Assembly: GCA_964647665.1 (NCBI GenBank)
Contig: CAZYIX010000002.1
Coordinates: 120,722-184,721 of the forward strand
Direction of reading: 5' to 3'
Source: an uncultured Candidatus Poseidoniales archaeon
GTDB lineage: Archaea > Thermoplasmatota > Poseidoniia > Poseidoniales > Thalassarchaeaceae
Length of the DNA stretch: 64,000 nt
The notes below the pieces were generated by a model. It was given only the letters and a program-made list of their open reading frames with translations, was not told the origin of the DNA and did no database searches. Of the stretch, positions 39,483 through 49,208 are shown piece after piece (position 1 is the first letter of the stretch; every line of letters starts with the position of its first letter). The position numbers were made by a program, and so were the translations under genes.

Positions 39483-39959
39483 TCAGATGTCGAAGATTAC
39501 TCTGCAAAGCCAACCCGGGCCTTCGATGTCTGGAATGCCCTCAGCATAGCCGTGAACGGTCTCTCCGGCGGGAATCTCTGTGATGTCTAGGTCATGACGG
39601 GTGATTGCCTTCACCTCGACCTCACGCTCAACGAGGTCAGCATCAACCCACTCGACCTGTGCTGAAAGTTGGCCCTCACCGATTGCAACTATACTATCGA
39701 CGAGGAATCTTCCCTCAACCTCTGCTTGGTAGAGAACTTCTTCCAACCATCGAACAAGCGATAGGTCAGGTCTGTCACTGCCTATGTCAATAGTCCATTG
39801 GCTAGATTGACGCTGATGGCAATCGATGACACTCTCTGCAGAATCCGAAACCAGCACGCCTTGCAATCCATCAGCGGCTGTAGAGAAAAGTGCGGCTGGC
39901 GACGGCGCAAAAGCGACGATACCGATATCGGCAGTTGTCGGAATAATCCACCAAGTCAT
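39483..39959 (-). CDS. Archease
   Basis: PTTADIGI, LVRWLEEVLY, EVKAITRH, C-terminal VIFDI. Confidence 0.92.
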   Translation of the reverse strand: MTWWIIPTTADIGIVAFAPSPAALFSTAADGLQGVLVSDSAESVIDCHQRQSSQWTIDIGSDRPDLSLVRWLEEVLYQAEVEGRFLVDSIVAIGEGQLSAQVEWVDADLVEREVEVKAITRHDLDITEIPAGETVHGYAEGIPDIEGPGWLCRVIFDI

Positions 39960-39977
39960 GCCATCCCTCTTTCGGGC

Positions 39978-41042
39978 TCAGCGGTCGGAGATTTGCATTG
40001 CCCATGCCCGCTCGTCTAGACTTGCGCTCAAGGCTCTGCGGTCAAGCACTTCTTGGCCTTTCTCTGCTTTGAGAATGCACTCACAGGCAACGTGGGCAAG
40101 CCGTGCAGCGTCAGATAGGTCTGCTCCCTGACTGAGTGCTGCAGCTAGCGCTGCGGCGGCAGCATCGTGAAGTCCAATCATCTGACGAGCATCATCAAGT
40201 GTGCAAGGAACGTGTTCAGTCTCTCCTGACGCCCGATACATCCACAGGCCGTGTCTGCCACCAAGAACGGTCAAGGATTCCCAAGAATAACTCTCTATCA
40301 GGTGCTGTGCAGTTTCTTCATCTGTCTCATGACCAAGTCTGCGCCGTGTCAATTCAAGTCCCCTCATCTCGAACAGCACTGTCGTCGCTCCTGTGGTTCG
40401 GTTCAAACCAGTGAGTTTTGGGTCACAGATGACTGGAATTCCATGCGATTTCGCCGCTTCGATGAGCAGCGCCGCGCTTTCATCAGAAACCGCACCCTTA
40501 TTGTAGTCAGAAAGAACCAGTGCGCCTGCCTTGGAGAGGGTGGCAAGTGCAGCCTTAGTAACCTGATTAGTCACTGATTCCGGCATTTCATCTTGCGGCT
40601 CATCATCGACTTGCAAAAGCAGTTGGCTACGATCGACCACACTCTCTCTCGCACCGTACACTCTGGTCTTCACAACAGTGTGCCGTCCAGCGGCTAGTTT
40701 CAACCCGGAGGTATCGACACCAGACTCCCTGAGTAGAGCATCGACTGTACGACCAGCGTCATCCGAGCCAATAATAGCAAAAATACTCGGTTCTAGGCCA
40801 AGAGAAGACAGGCCCATGGCTACGTGAGCTGCTGCACCTGCTGACTCATCAGTATGGGTAACTTTGACAACAGGAACTGGAGCGACAGCATTGAGCCTAT
40901 TCGCCCAACCGTGGACGTACCTATCAAGAATAACGTCACCGACGAGGGTGATTTTTTCCGAGGGTAGATTGTCGACAAGAACGCGAAGCCGCTTAAGTCG
41001 ATTAACTTCCTCTTGCACAACTTCGTCGAGCACCCAAGCCAT
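39978..41042 (-). CDS. PfkB-family kinase, HldE/RfaE domain I-like
   Basis: VGDVILDRYVHG..APVPVV..AGAAAHVA, TVVKTRV, LSDYNKG, DPK; the anion-hole motif reads IGLHD. Confidence 0.85.
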   Translation of the reverse strand: MAWVLDEVVQEEVNRLKRLRVLVDNLPSEKITLVGDVILDRYVHGWANRLNAVAPVPVVKVTHTDESAGAAAHVAMGLSSLGLEPSIFAIIGSDDAGRTVDALLRESGVDTSGLKLAAGRHTVVKTRVYGARESVVDRSQLLLQVDDEPQDEMPESVTNQVTKAALATLSKAGALVLSDYNKGAVSDESAALLIEAAKSHGIPVICDPKLTGLNRTTGATTVLFEMRGLELTRRRLGHETDEETAQHLIESYSWESLTVLGGRHGLWMYRASGETEHVPCTLDDARQMIGLHDAAAAALAAALSQGADLSDAARLAHVACECILKAEKGQEVLDRRALSASLDERAWAMQISDR

Positions 41043-41070
41043 GTTACTCGGACCTCGCGAGAGGATGGGT

Positions 41071-42036
41071 CTAATTCAACTTGGCCCGTACCGCACCCGT
41101 AATGGTACGGTGCTCTGCCGAGGTAATCTGCAGTGATTCGCGAAGACTTTGCAGCATATTGTCCTCATCAGTACTAATCTGCCCATCTTCCCAAGCGGCT
41201 TCCATAGCCGCGCAATATGCCTTCAAGCGATCATCCATCTGGTCGCATACCCAATCCATCTGTACATCTCGAGATGATTCGAGGTCCAGCATCCCCGCCA
41301 ATGAGTCAAGCATGGCCTGTTCATTGTCATCAACTTCTCCGTCTTGCCATGCGACTTCTAGCATTGTACGATACAAGGACTCGCCACCCGAAGCAAGGCT
41401 GGCAGCAGCTTCTTCACGCACCTGCTTGTCCAGTCCTTCAACCTCGTCTGGCTCCAATCCAAGGTACAATGCCATGTCGTCGAGCATTGCTTGCTCATCG
41501 ACAGTCACCACACCATCTAACCATGCGGTACGGGCAATATTCTCATAGATGCCAAGACGATTCTCCAGTGGGATGTCGCTGCTATCTACGGCTGCATCCT
41601 CGGTGTCCATAGGCTCGTCACCTGATTCGTCGTAGCGCCCTTGCTCATCGATTCTGCTGAGAATCTCTAACATTGAGTTCTCATGATTATGCAGAGTTGC
41701 AACCGTTCGAGATTCTCCTTCGATTGTCACGTCGCGCTCGTGCAATTGCTCAACAAGTGGACGAGCTGCATCTCTGCCTGGCGTTGTCAAGCCATAGACT
41801 CGGCAGCGCTGCTTGGCGCCTTGCACATGCCGAGTCTCCTCAATCAGGTAATTCTTCTCTCGAAGTTTCTTGAGAGTTCTGGGCAAATGCTTGCGGGCAA
41901 TACCTACTGCATCCGAAACGCCGGACTGGGTTAATTCAGGTCTGCCCTCCCACTGATTATCTCCCATCGGAGTATCCCAAAGGTGGAGCAGTACTCGCTG
42001 TTCAACCGTAAGTGTGGAAACCATGCCATCACTCAT
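41071..42036 (-). CDS. Winged-HTH protein with three TerB-like repeats
   Basis: LTQSGVSDAVGIARKHLPRTLKKL..YGLTTPG, followed by three AWxDGxxxxxExxML repeats. Confidence 0.8.
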   Translation of the reverse strand: MSDGMVSTLTVEQRVLLHLWDTPMGDNQWEGRPELTQSGVSDAVGIARKHLPRTLKKLREKNYLIEETRHVQGAKQRCRVYGLTTPGRDAARPLVEQLHERDVTIEGESRTVATLHNHENSMLEILSRIDEQGRYDESGDEPMDTEDAAVDSSDIPLENRLGIYENIARTAWLDGVVTVDEQAMLDDMALYLGLEPDEVEGLDKQVREEAAASLASGGESLYRTMLEVAWQDGEVDDNEQAMLDSLAGMLDLESSRDVQMDWVCDQMDDRLKAYCAAMEAAWEDGQISTDEDNMLQSLRESLQITSAEHRTITGAVRAKLN

Positions 42037-42137
42037 CTTCCCCTCTCCTGTATGCCGGATGACCGGGCGGTTATTCAATTACCTTCGTAATGGGGATAAT
42101 GCGCAGAATCAAGGCTTGTACGCGTGACCGGCTGTGC

Positions 42138-43247
42138 ATGGGGGCGCCACCGGGAGGAACACGCCTTCCGATTCCTGTCGAGCGACCGGAAGGATGGGCT
42201 GCACTAGGCGGAAGTGCAAATCGTCTGTGGGATAGAGGTGCATTTGGCAGGCCGATTAGAGGCGGAATTCTGCTGACTCCAGCGGAATTGCTCAATGCTC
42301 ATCGACTGCGTGGCTTACCATTGCCATCAGAAAATTGGCTGGCAGAGGAATTGCAGAAAGACGGTGATATTCTGCTAGAGGCCGAGATTCTAGATGCGCT
42401 GCGATACCCAGGTGAAAAAGTGGTGCTTGTATGCAATCTCATTGCGGTCACATCGGTGGTGCTCCACCAGTCATCGTGGGCACTACGTTGGCTACGCTCA
42501 GACAAACCATCACAGGATGAACCTACGGCTGAATTACGATGGATGAAGGCCGGTGATTCCATTGATTGGGCCGAATTATCTGAATGGGCTGCTCATGTGG
42601 AAGGAGGCGGCAGAATCCCTGAGATTCTGGTGATTGATGATGAGCATGGTGTAGTGACATATCGAGTACACCACCATGACCCAAGCGGCGAATTCCTAGA
42701 CCCCTTCTCACAGTTAGGCAATGCAGAGAGACGCGCTGTCGCTCATGCTTGGGCAGCATCGACAAAGTCATCTGGTGGGAATTGGCTACCGATCAGTTCA
42801 GATGATTGGCCGATTCCTTCGCTAGGATTAGATTTGTCCGGTGGCATCTGGCTCGATGAATATCAATCGCGAAGTATCAGCAAAATCGTCAATCCTAGCA
42901 TGCCTACTCCAGAGGGAGAATTGGGCGTGGTTTTGGCAGCATTTGAGGACCTGCTTGAACGCGGTCTCTTGGTTCGCCCAGCCTTCAAGTATGGCACTAG
43001 ATGGAGGGCGTATGCAGGTGCTATAGATGAAGGTCATGCGCCTTGGCTAATTGTCACGATGAGCGAGGCTCCACCCAACTGGGCTCATGCTTGTCTAAGC
43101 GCCCGACTGGCTGCGGGGGTCAACAAAACCTGGCTATGCTCAATACCGCCGGGAGTGGGGGGTTCTGGCGGTAAGCGAGGATTCACTTACTTAGCATTGG
43201 AGAGGCCTCCAGCAGATGCAAGATGGGCCAGCCCGACTCGGCACTAA
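42138..43247 (+). CDS. endA: tRNA-splicing endonuclease (two-unit, euryarchaeal type)
   Basis: C-terminal unit FEDLLERGLLVRPAFKYGTRWRAY..HAPWL..ARLAAGVNK keeps the Tyr/His/Lys triad; N-terminal unit degenerate (IDDEHGVVTY). Confidence 0.8.
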   Translation: MGAPPGGTRLPIPVERPEGWAALGGSANRLWDRGAFGRPIRGGILLTPAELLNAHRLRGLPLPSENWLAEELQKDGDILLEAEILDALRYPGEKVVLVCNLIAVTSVVLHQSSWALRWLRSDKPSQDEPTAELRWMKAGDSIDWAELSEWAAHVEGGGRIPEILVIDDEHGVVTYRVHHHDPSGEFLDPFSQLGNAERRAVAHAWAASTKSSGGNWLPISSDDWPIPSLGLDLSGGIWLDEYQSRSISKIVNPSMPTPEGELGVVLAAFEDLLERGLLVRPAFKYGTRWRAYAGAIDEGHAPWLIVTMSEAPPNWAHACLSARLAAGVNKTWLCSIPPGVGGSGGKRGFTYLALERPPADARWASPTRH

Positions 43248-43257
43248 GCTCGATTAT

Positions 43258-45438
43258 TCAGATGAGATCTTTGAAACTCGGCAATTCGTCATCTTCGCTT
43301 GTCACCCCACCACCTACCCGGTTAATCGGTGCTGTTGAGTCTCGGTTTGACAAAGCTATACCGATGTCGAACGAGGTGTCTGGACCTCTGTTGCTCGGAC
43401 CTTGCTGTGTGGCTTGTCGAATTCGCATCGCATCCCTTGGCGGCTTCTTGCGCCTGATGCCCATCAGAACCCATAGAGCGAGAAGCACGGAAATCAATTG
43501 GATATTATTCTCCGGTTCAGTGAGCCATAATATCCAAGCAGCAGCACCATCGGGTGGCTCAGCCTGCAGCGATATCTCCTGTTCACCTGCTAGCCCATCC
43601 TCATCATAGAGTTGGATACTACCTTTGGCAATCATTCCTGGACTGAGCAGTCCCTCAGGATTAATCTCGATTACTATCGATGAACCCGGTCCAAGGTTCT
43701 GTCTCACCTCGGTACTGGCAATCCGTGCCAATGGCCCCTCGATGATTACATCATACTCACGAAACTCATCTCCATCAAATTGCAATGGTACCACGACGCT
43801 AGATGGCTCAGAGACCGGGATATTAGCCTCAAAGATTCCTGAGATGAGTCTGTTCTCGACTACTGACCATGGAATCGCCACATCAATCGCTGTACTCTGT
43901 CCACAGCCAACCGTGCCGTTGACTATGCCCTGTGTTCCTGCAATGGCATCCTCAACGAATGATAAGTCGAAGACTGCAACATCTCCGGGACTCAAATTGT
44001 ATGCGGACTGCAGAGAAATTACCCGGCCATCGCTTGAACTAACCATTGACCAAGGCATACAGGTGTCGCGTGCTGTGAACTGCAAGGGTATCGACTCGCC
44101 TTCTAGAAGTCGTAGAGGGCCGGGGGGAGGTAGCACTTCTGCATCTCCAACACCCGGTGAACTGATTTTGATTGTTGCACTGCTGCTATTGACTGAATTA
44201 ACCTCAACAAGCCAGTTCACCAACCGCCCGCGAGAATCTCTAATCTGAATGCCGTCAGAGCCAAACTTCTGCCCTGCATGGAATACATCACCTGAACTGC
44301 CCTCATCTACTCCACGAGTCAATCCACCATCGCCGTCGGCTTCGATTATTTTCGTCCAAGCATAATCTGGGTCACGATTCACCTCATTATCACTGATGTC
44401 GCCGACGTTGATGTTCTGTTGGCTAACCAATAACCCATGCCCGGGAATCTCCTTGTCAAAGCCTGAATCCACCCGGAGTTCCAGCCATACATACTCACCC
44501 GGTGCAATCTGAATGCGGACTGTGCCAGAAGTCGAGACGTGTGGCATTATCACGTAGGTCTGATTCTCAGGGCCCGAGCCTCCAATAGAGAGGTCGATTG
44601 GCTCTAGCGCACCGATGAGTTCCAGTGTAGGTGAAGTGGGAAGAGCGGGAATCCGTCCATTTCCATTCCAATTTCCGCTCGCCATGATATCCCAATCGCC
44701 AAGTCCGTTCCATTCGGAAGTTGGTGCCGCACTGTGAACATCGTAAAGGTCCACAGCGCCAGTCATATGCAACATCTCGTGGATGATGGTGCCAAGGCCT
44801 GAATCGAAAGATGCCATCGTGTAGTGACCAACTTCCACCCCAGCAACCGTAAATGGCGTGTTGAGTGGACCGTAGTGACTCCAGATTGCATCTGTGCCGC
44901 CACCATCTTCCTGAGCATCACCAGTGTGGATAATCAGCAGGCGGTCAATCCAACCATCCCCATCAAGATCGTATTCAGATATGTCACCGCCGCTGAAAAC
45001 AGCAATCATCGCTTCCTCTGCTAGGCCAGCCGGACCCCCACTTGCACTGGTTCCAGCATCTCTCCTACCATCTGAGTCCATTCCATAACTCTCAGAGGCA
45101 TAGGAAGCGGTGTATATTTCGGGATAAACATCTGCAATCAGGGTTGAGCGGTGAGCTGAAATTTCTGCAAAATAACTCTTTGCTGAATTTTCACCGGTCA
45201 GCATTACACTGGCACGTTCAACGTCTCTACCCGGCCCGGCAGCTTGGTCTGGAAACTCCACAACAAGGACCAGCCAACGCTCCTCGTCTTGCATGGTAAC
45301 TATTGGCGAATCTTCACTGACTACTACGGTCTGCTGTATTTTCCCAAAGATGGGTTCGTAGATTTCAGGACTAGCTGCAAGCCATTGTCCTAGAAGGATA
45401 ATGCCGACGGCAAGCCCAACTCGCAGCAGCCTGTGCAT
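43258..45438 (-). CDS. M6-family (immune inhibitor A-like) metalloprotease, membrane-anchored
   Basis: LVVEFPD, YDLDGDGWID..IHTG, IWSH, HEMLHMTGAVDLYD, WDIMASG; N- and C-terminal TM. Confidence 0.9.
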   Translation of the reverse strand: MHRLLRVGLAVGIILLGQWLAASPEIYEPIFGKIQQTVVVSEDSPIVTMQDEERWLVLVVEFPDQAAGPGRDVERASVMLTGENSAKSYFAEISAHRSTLIADVYPEIYTASYASESYGMDSDGRRDAGTSASGGPAGLAEEAMIAVFSGGDISEYDLDGDGWIDRLLIIHTGDAQEDGGGTDAIWSHYGPLNTPFTVAGVEVGHYTMASFDSGLGTIIHEMLHMTGAVDLYDVHSAAPTSEWNGLGDWDIMASGNWNGNGRIPALPTSPTLELIGALEPIDLSIGGSGPENQTYVIMPHVSTSGTVRIQIAPGEYVWLELRVDSGFDKEIPGHGLLVSQQNINVGDISDNEVNRDPDYAWTKIIEADGDGGLTRGVDEGSSGDVFHAGQKFGSDGIQIRDSRGRLVNWLVEVNSVNSSSATIKISSPGVGDAEVLPPPGPLRLLEGESIPLQFTARDTCMPWSMVSSSDGRVISLQSAYNLSPGDVAVFDLSFVEDAIAGTQGIVNGTVGCGQSTAIDVAIPWSVVENRLISGIFEANIPVSEPSSVVVPLQFDGDEFREYDVIIEGPLARIASTEVRQNLGPGSSIVIEINPEGLLSPGMIAKGSIQLYDEDGLAGEQEISLQAEPPDGAAAWILWLTEPENNIQLISVLLALWVLMGIRRKKPPRDAMRIRQATQQGPSNRGPDTSFDIGIALSNRDSTAPINRVGGGVTSEDDELPSFKDLI

Positions 45439-45494
45439 GGGTTGACCCGTTACCTGCTTCTGCTTGAAGCCCTCGGCCTCAGGAGTGGCTAAAA

Positions 45495-46631
45495 TCACAC
45501 CTTCCACGGGGTTGCAGTGTGCCGCAGTTCATCTTGTCTGGTGGCACATGTATCCGAGTTTGCTTCAAGTGGTAAATCGTGCCTATCAAGCCAGCCCAAT
45601 CCGCGTAATTCGCAATTCATTGTGGTCAAACCTTCTCGCAAATCAATTGGTAGAGGGGAACCTTCGCATCCGCTGATGAAAAGGTCTGTCACATTATTTC
45701 GAATCACTGTATCGAGTAGGGCGTCTTGTTCAGCGGCTGAGAGACACAAAGCTTGAGCCTCCACCCAGCCAACCGAGTCGGGTGCTTCGTCGCGCAACGC
45801 TCGGGGGCAAGCGCCGTCACATGAGCACATCGCAAACATTGAACGGCGCACCTCACCTTTGTCATCGAAAACCCGCAGCGGACGGCGCTGCGCATTACCG
45901 AGCCTTGGCACCGGTACTCTACGCGATGTGTATTCAGACACTGCAACAGCGATAATTGCCAATGCTAGCCAGTTTCCGGAGAGAACTTCGGGTGAAGTGA
46001 GCCACCAGAAGAAGAGCATCGCCACATGTACGCGAATTCGCAAGGGGTCAAACGGCTCTGTTTCAGTAAGAGAATACATCCTTGCCAACGACAGTGCAAG
46101 AGAAGCGAGCAATACTAGAATCATCCACCAAGACAGACCAAGTGCAACATCGAAAATCAACTTGGCATCATAATGCAGCCCAACACCCGCAAACGCGGCT
46201 GAGTCCGACGCCCATTTCACGAGGAAGGAGTAGCCCCAAAACCACCACAGGCATAGTAGCAAGATTGTGGAAATAGTGCCGATTGAGACAAAACTGCGCA
46301 ACCAGCGTCTCTCGGATGGGAGTAATCCTGTGTCGGCGAAGCGAATGCTCTGATGCCCGAGCACAGGAAGTGCTGTCACCAATGCAAGCAGTCCAATCAT
46401 TGACCAGCGTGTACGCATCCATCCATGTGGGTCAAACACAGTGAGTGAGCCCTCGCCTGCACCAAGAGAAAGTGTCGAAACCCACATGCGCAAAATCTGG
46501 TCTGCCGCAACCCACCAGAACACTGTGGAAACAACGATTACCAGTAGTACAACGTAGCCCCTATCCCTCAACTCCTGCATATGCAAGGACAAACCGGAAT
46601 TCCAATCGGATGCCAGTCGTAGAGACATCAT
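45495..46631 (-). CDS. tatC: Divergent TatC homologue with C-terminal Cys-rich domain
   Basis: LSLHMQELRDR (cf. HLxELRxR), HQSIRFADTGLLPSERR (cf. FIAPGLYxxE), LTSPE; ~6 TM; extra ~120-aa tail with CSC-x3-C..LC..SGC. Confidence 0.72.
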   Translation of the reverse strand: MMSLRLASDWNSGLSLHMQELRDRGYVVLLVIVVSTVFWWVAADQILRMWVSTLSLGAGEGSLTVFDPHGWMRTRWSMIGLLALVTALPVLGHQSIRFADTGLLPSERRWLRSFVSIGTISTILLLCLWWFWGYSFLVKWASDSAAFAGVGLHYDAKLIFDVALGLSWWMILVLLASLALSLARMYSLTETEPFDPLRIRVHVAMLFFWWLTSPEVLSGNWLALAIIAVAVSEYTSRRVPVPRLGNAQRRPLRVFDDKGEVRRSMFAMCSCDGACPRALRDEAPDSVGWVEAQALCLSAAEQDALLDTVIRNNVTDLFISGCEGSPLPIDLREGLTTMNCELRGLGWLDRHDLPLEANSDTCATRQDELRHTATPWKV

Positions 46632-46679
46632 GTGCAGGGAATCGAATCTCCCTCATCTGCATGCCGATGGCAGCGCCAC

Positions 46680-47669
46680 CTACATGATGTCGTGAACGCT
46701 TGGTGGTGTTTTGGCAGCCAATACTGTTCGGTACACACCATAGGCAGCCCAGACGCTGCACAACATTGCGGTGGCCCAAAGGTGCTCTCCGGCACCATCT
46801 GCAAGCCATTTCAGACTTAGCAGCCCCAGTCCGATACAGACAACACCTCTCCGGATACCTTGGGGATATGCCAGTTCCTTGGCAAGATGGTCTGGTCCAG
46901 ATTCATGCTTCCTCTCAAGAATCTCCTTCTGCACCACGCCACCAAAGATTAGGGCTACGAGTGTAGTCAGATACCAAGCCATGCCGCCATTCACCACACT
47001 GAGAGATAACTTCCTCTGATTCTCTGCTTCAACCGCATCCGGGTCTTCCTCGACAATGAACAGGCTATCGTAGTCACCAACCGAAATCACCCTAGTGGAT
47101 TGGTCGGTGGAAGCCGTAGTTTGCGAAGGAGAGTTGATGACGAACGTGAGTAGATTCCAGCTATCACCAGCATCAGGAGCACCACTGCCATCAACTGCAT
47201 TACCAGCGAGCCAAAAGGTCACGTTACCCTCATCAGATGAAGGCGCGGTCCAAGTGAATGCCCACTCAGCGGGGTTTGAAGTGGAGTCGTGCGATATAGC
47301 ATTGGAAGTACTAGTGGCTGCACTATCCTCGCCGCTGTCCTTTTCAGGTCTGATATTCTGACCTTCATCCCAAGAAAATACGCCGCTTCCACCACTGGAA
47401 AGCATGAATCCGCCGTCGTGGTTGGCCGAGTGAGATACGCTGAGTGTCAATGCGTACGATGCATTGGCAGCATAGGCGTGAGGTACTCCTGAGATTGAGA
47501 CAATTGTATCTGAGGATGGTACTCCATTGCCATGGCAAGTGCAACCTATCCTAACTACCTCCTCACCATCTTCCATGGTCGGAGGGCCATTGGAGAAGCC
47601 CATCGCAGGAGCAACTGTGAGCAACAATAGCACCAAGCCGATAGTCAATCGAGTCAGGACTCTAGACAT
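46680..47669 (-). CDS. Reeler / choice-of-anchor V-like surface protein with C-terminal TMs
   Basis: Signal peptide, FSNGPP..GCTCHG, WAFTWTAP, VTFWLAGNAVDGSG..GD; 3 C-terminal TMs. Confidence 0.78.
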   Translation of the reverse strand: MSRVLTRLTIGLVLLLLTVAPAMGFSNGPPTMEDGEEVVRIGCTCHGNGVPSSDTIVSISGVPHAYAANASYALTLSVSHSANHDGGFMLSSGGSGVFSWDEGQNIRPEKDSGEDSAATSTSNAISHDSTSNPAEWAFTWTAPSSDEGNVTFWLAGNAVDGSGAPDAGDSWNLLTFVINSPSQTTASTDQSTRVISVGDYDSLFIVEEDPDAVEAENQRKLSLSVVNGGMAWYLTTLVALIFGGVVQKEILERKHESGPDHLAKELAYPQGIRRGVVCIGLGLLSLKWLADGAGEHLWATAMLCSVWAAYGVYRTVLAAKTPPSVHDIM

Positions 47670-47764
47670 AGGCCACCCTCAGTGTGCTTTCGACCTTAAT
47701 GCCGTCCTTAACCGTTCCCTTATAGGGGTGCGCTCAAAGGACACACCGGCGCCTAGTCGCTTGT

Positions 47765-49207
47765 TCAGAGTTCCTTGATTGCAGCATTCAATTCATTCAT
47801 CATCTTCTTGCCATCACCGAATAGCATCATGGTATTGTCCTCGTAGAATAGGTCGTTGTCCACTCCAGCATAACCAACGGAAAGACTGCGCTTGATGATG
47901 ACAACCACTCGAGCCTTGTCGGCATCGATTATTGGCATCCCTCCAAGTGGACCTTCGCCGGTGCGGGCGGCAGGATTCACCGTGTCGTTTGCACCGATGA
48001 CTATCGCAACATCAGTATCCTGCAATTCCGAATTGATTTCATCCATCTCAATCAGTTGCTCGTAAGGCACACTGGCCTCTGCAAGCAAGACGTTCATGTG
48101 ACCGGGCATTCGGCCGGCAACCGGATGGATTCCATACATCACAACGACGCCTTGAGACTCCATCATGTCAGCGAATTCCTTGACGGCGTGCTGGGCTTGA
48201 CTAACTGCCATACCATAGCCTGGAATGATGACGCACTTGCTGATGCCATCGCAGACCATTGCAACTTCTTCCGGGTCACTACCTACCTTGGTTCTGGAGA
48301 GTTGCTGTTTGTCTCCACTTCCGCCGAATGACTTGAACAACACAGCAGACAGTGTGCGATTCATTGCCTTGCACATGATGAAAGTCAGGACTAGCCCAGC
48401 CGCACCTACCATCGAGCCAGCGATAATCAGAACATTATTTCCGATGACAAAACCGGTGAATGCGGCGGCAATACCTGACAGAGAATTCAGCAGACTGACT
48501 ACTACCGGCATGTCTGCGCCACCGATTGGAAGCACAAACAGAATCCCGAGGATGCACGAAACAGCCACTAGGCCGTAGATGTAGTCGGTATTGGACGGCT
48601 CCTGAATAGTGAACCATACGAGAGCGAAGCCGCTGATAAGCAATCCAACCTTGACCAGATTGAGCCATTCAGGGCCCCAGGTAGGGAACCGGACCCACTT
48701 CTTGGTGAGTGGGATAGTGAATCCACCCTTCAATTTGAACATCGCAATCAGGCTTCCACTGAGAGTCACCCATCCGACGATACCGGACAAACCGATGGCC
48801 ACCCAGATTGCGTAGAACTCCACGCCCGTGGGAGGTATTCCACCCTCTACACCTGCACCAATCTGTAGTCGCTTGATGGCCTCTGACATTCCAACAAGGG
48901 CTGATGCACCCCCACCGAATCCATTGAACAGGGCTACCAACTCAGGCATTCCTGTCATCTCAACTCTCTTTGCCATGGTAAAGCCGATGAGACCACCAAT
49001 CGCCAAACCACCAAGGATGAGTTCGATTTCGATTTTTCCCTCTGTCTGCATACGCACCAGAGTGACCAGAACTGCAAGTCCCATTCCATAGGAACCAAGC
49101 CGGTTACCTGATGGTGCGGTCTTCGGACTTGAGAGCCGCTTGATTCCAAAGATGAATAATGCGGCTGAGGCAAGATAGCCAATATCCCAAACTACTGGAT
49201 CAACCAT
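47765..49207 (-). CDS. pntB: NAD(P) transhydrogenase subunit beta
   Basis: EMTGMPELVALFNGFGG, IGGADMPVVVSLLNS, MCKAMNR, PGYGMAV, HPVAGRMPGHMNVLLAEA, GANDTVNP. Confidence 0.97.
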   Translation of the reverse strand: MVDPVVWDIGYLASAALFIFGIKRLSSPKTAPSGNRLGSYGMGLAVLVTLVRMQTEGKIEIELILGGLAIGGLIGFTMAKRVEMTGMPELVALFNGFGGGASALVGMSEAIKRLQIGAGVEGGIPPTGVEFYAIWVAIGLSGIVGWVTLSGSLIAMFKLKGGFTIPLTKKWVRFPTWGPEWLNLVKVGLLISGFALVWFTIQEPSNTDYIYGLVAVSCILGILFVLPIGGADMPVVVSLLNSLSGIAAAFTGFVIGNNVLIIAGSMVGAAGLVLTFIMCKAMNRTLSAVLFKSFGGSGDKQQLSRTKVGSDPEEVAMVCDGISKCVIIPGYGMAVSQAQHAVKEFADMMESQGVVVMYGIHPVAGRMPGHMNVLLAEASVPYEQLIEMDEINSELQDTDVAIVIGANDTVNPAARTGEGPLGGMPIIDADKARVVVIIKRSLSVGYAGVDNDLFYEDNTMMLFGDGKKMMNELNAAIKEL

Positions 49208-49208
49208 T

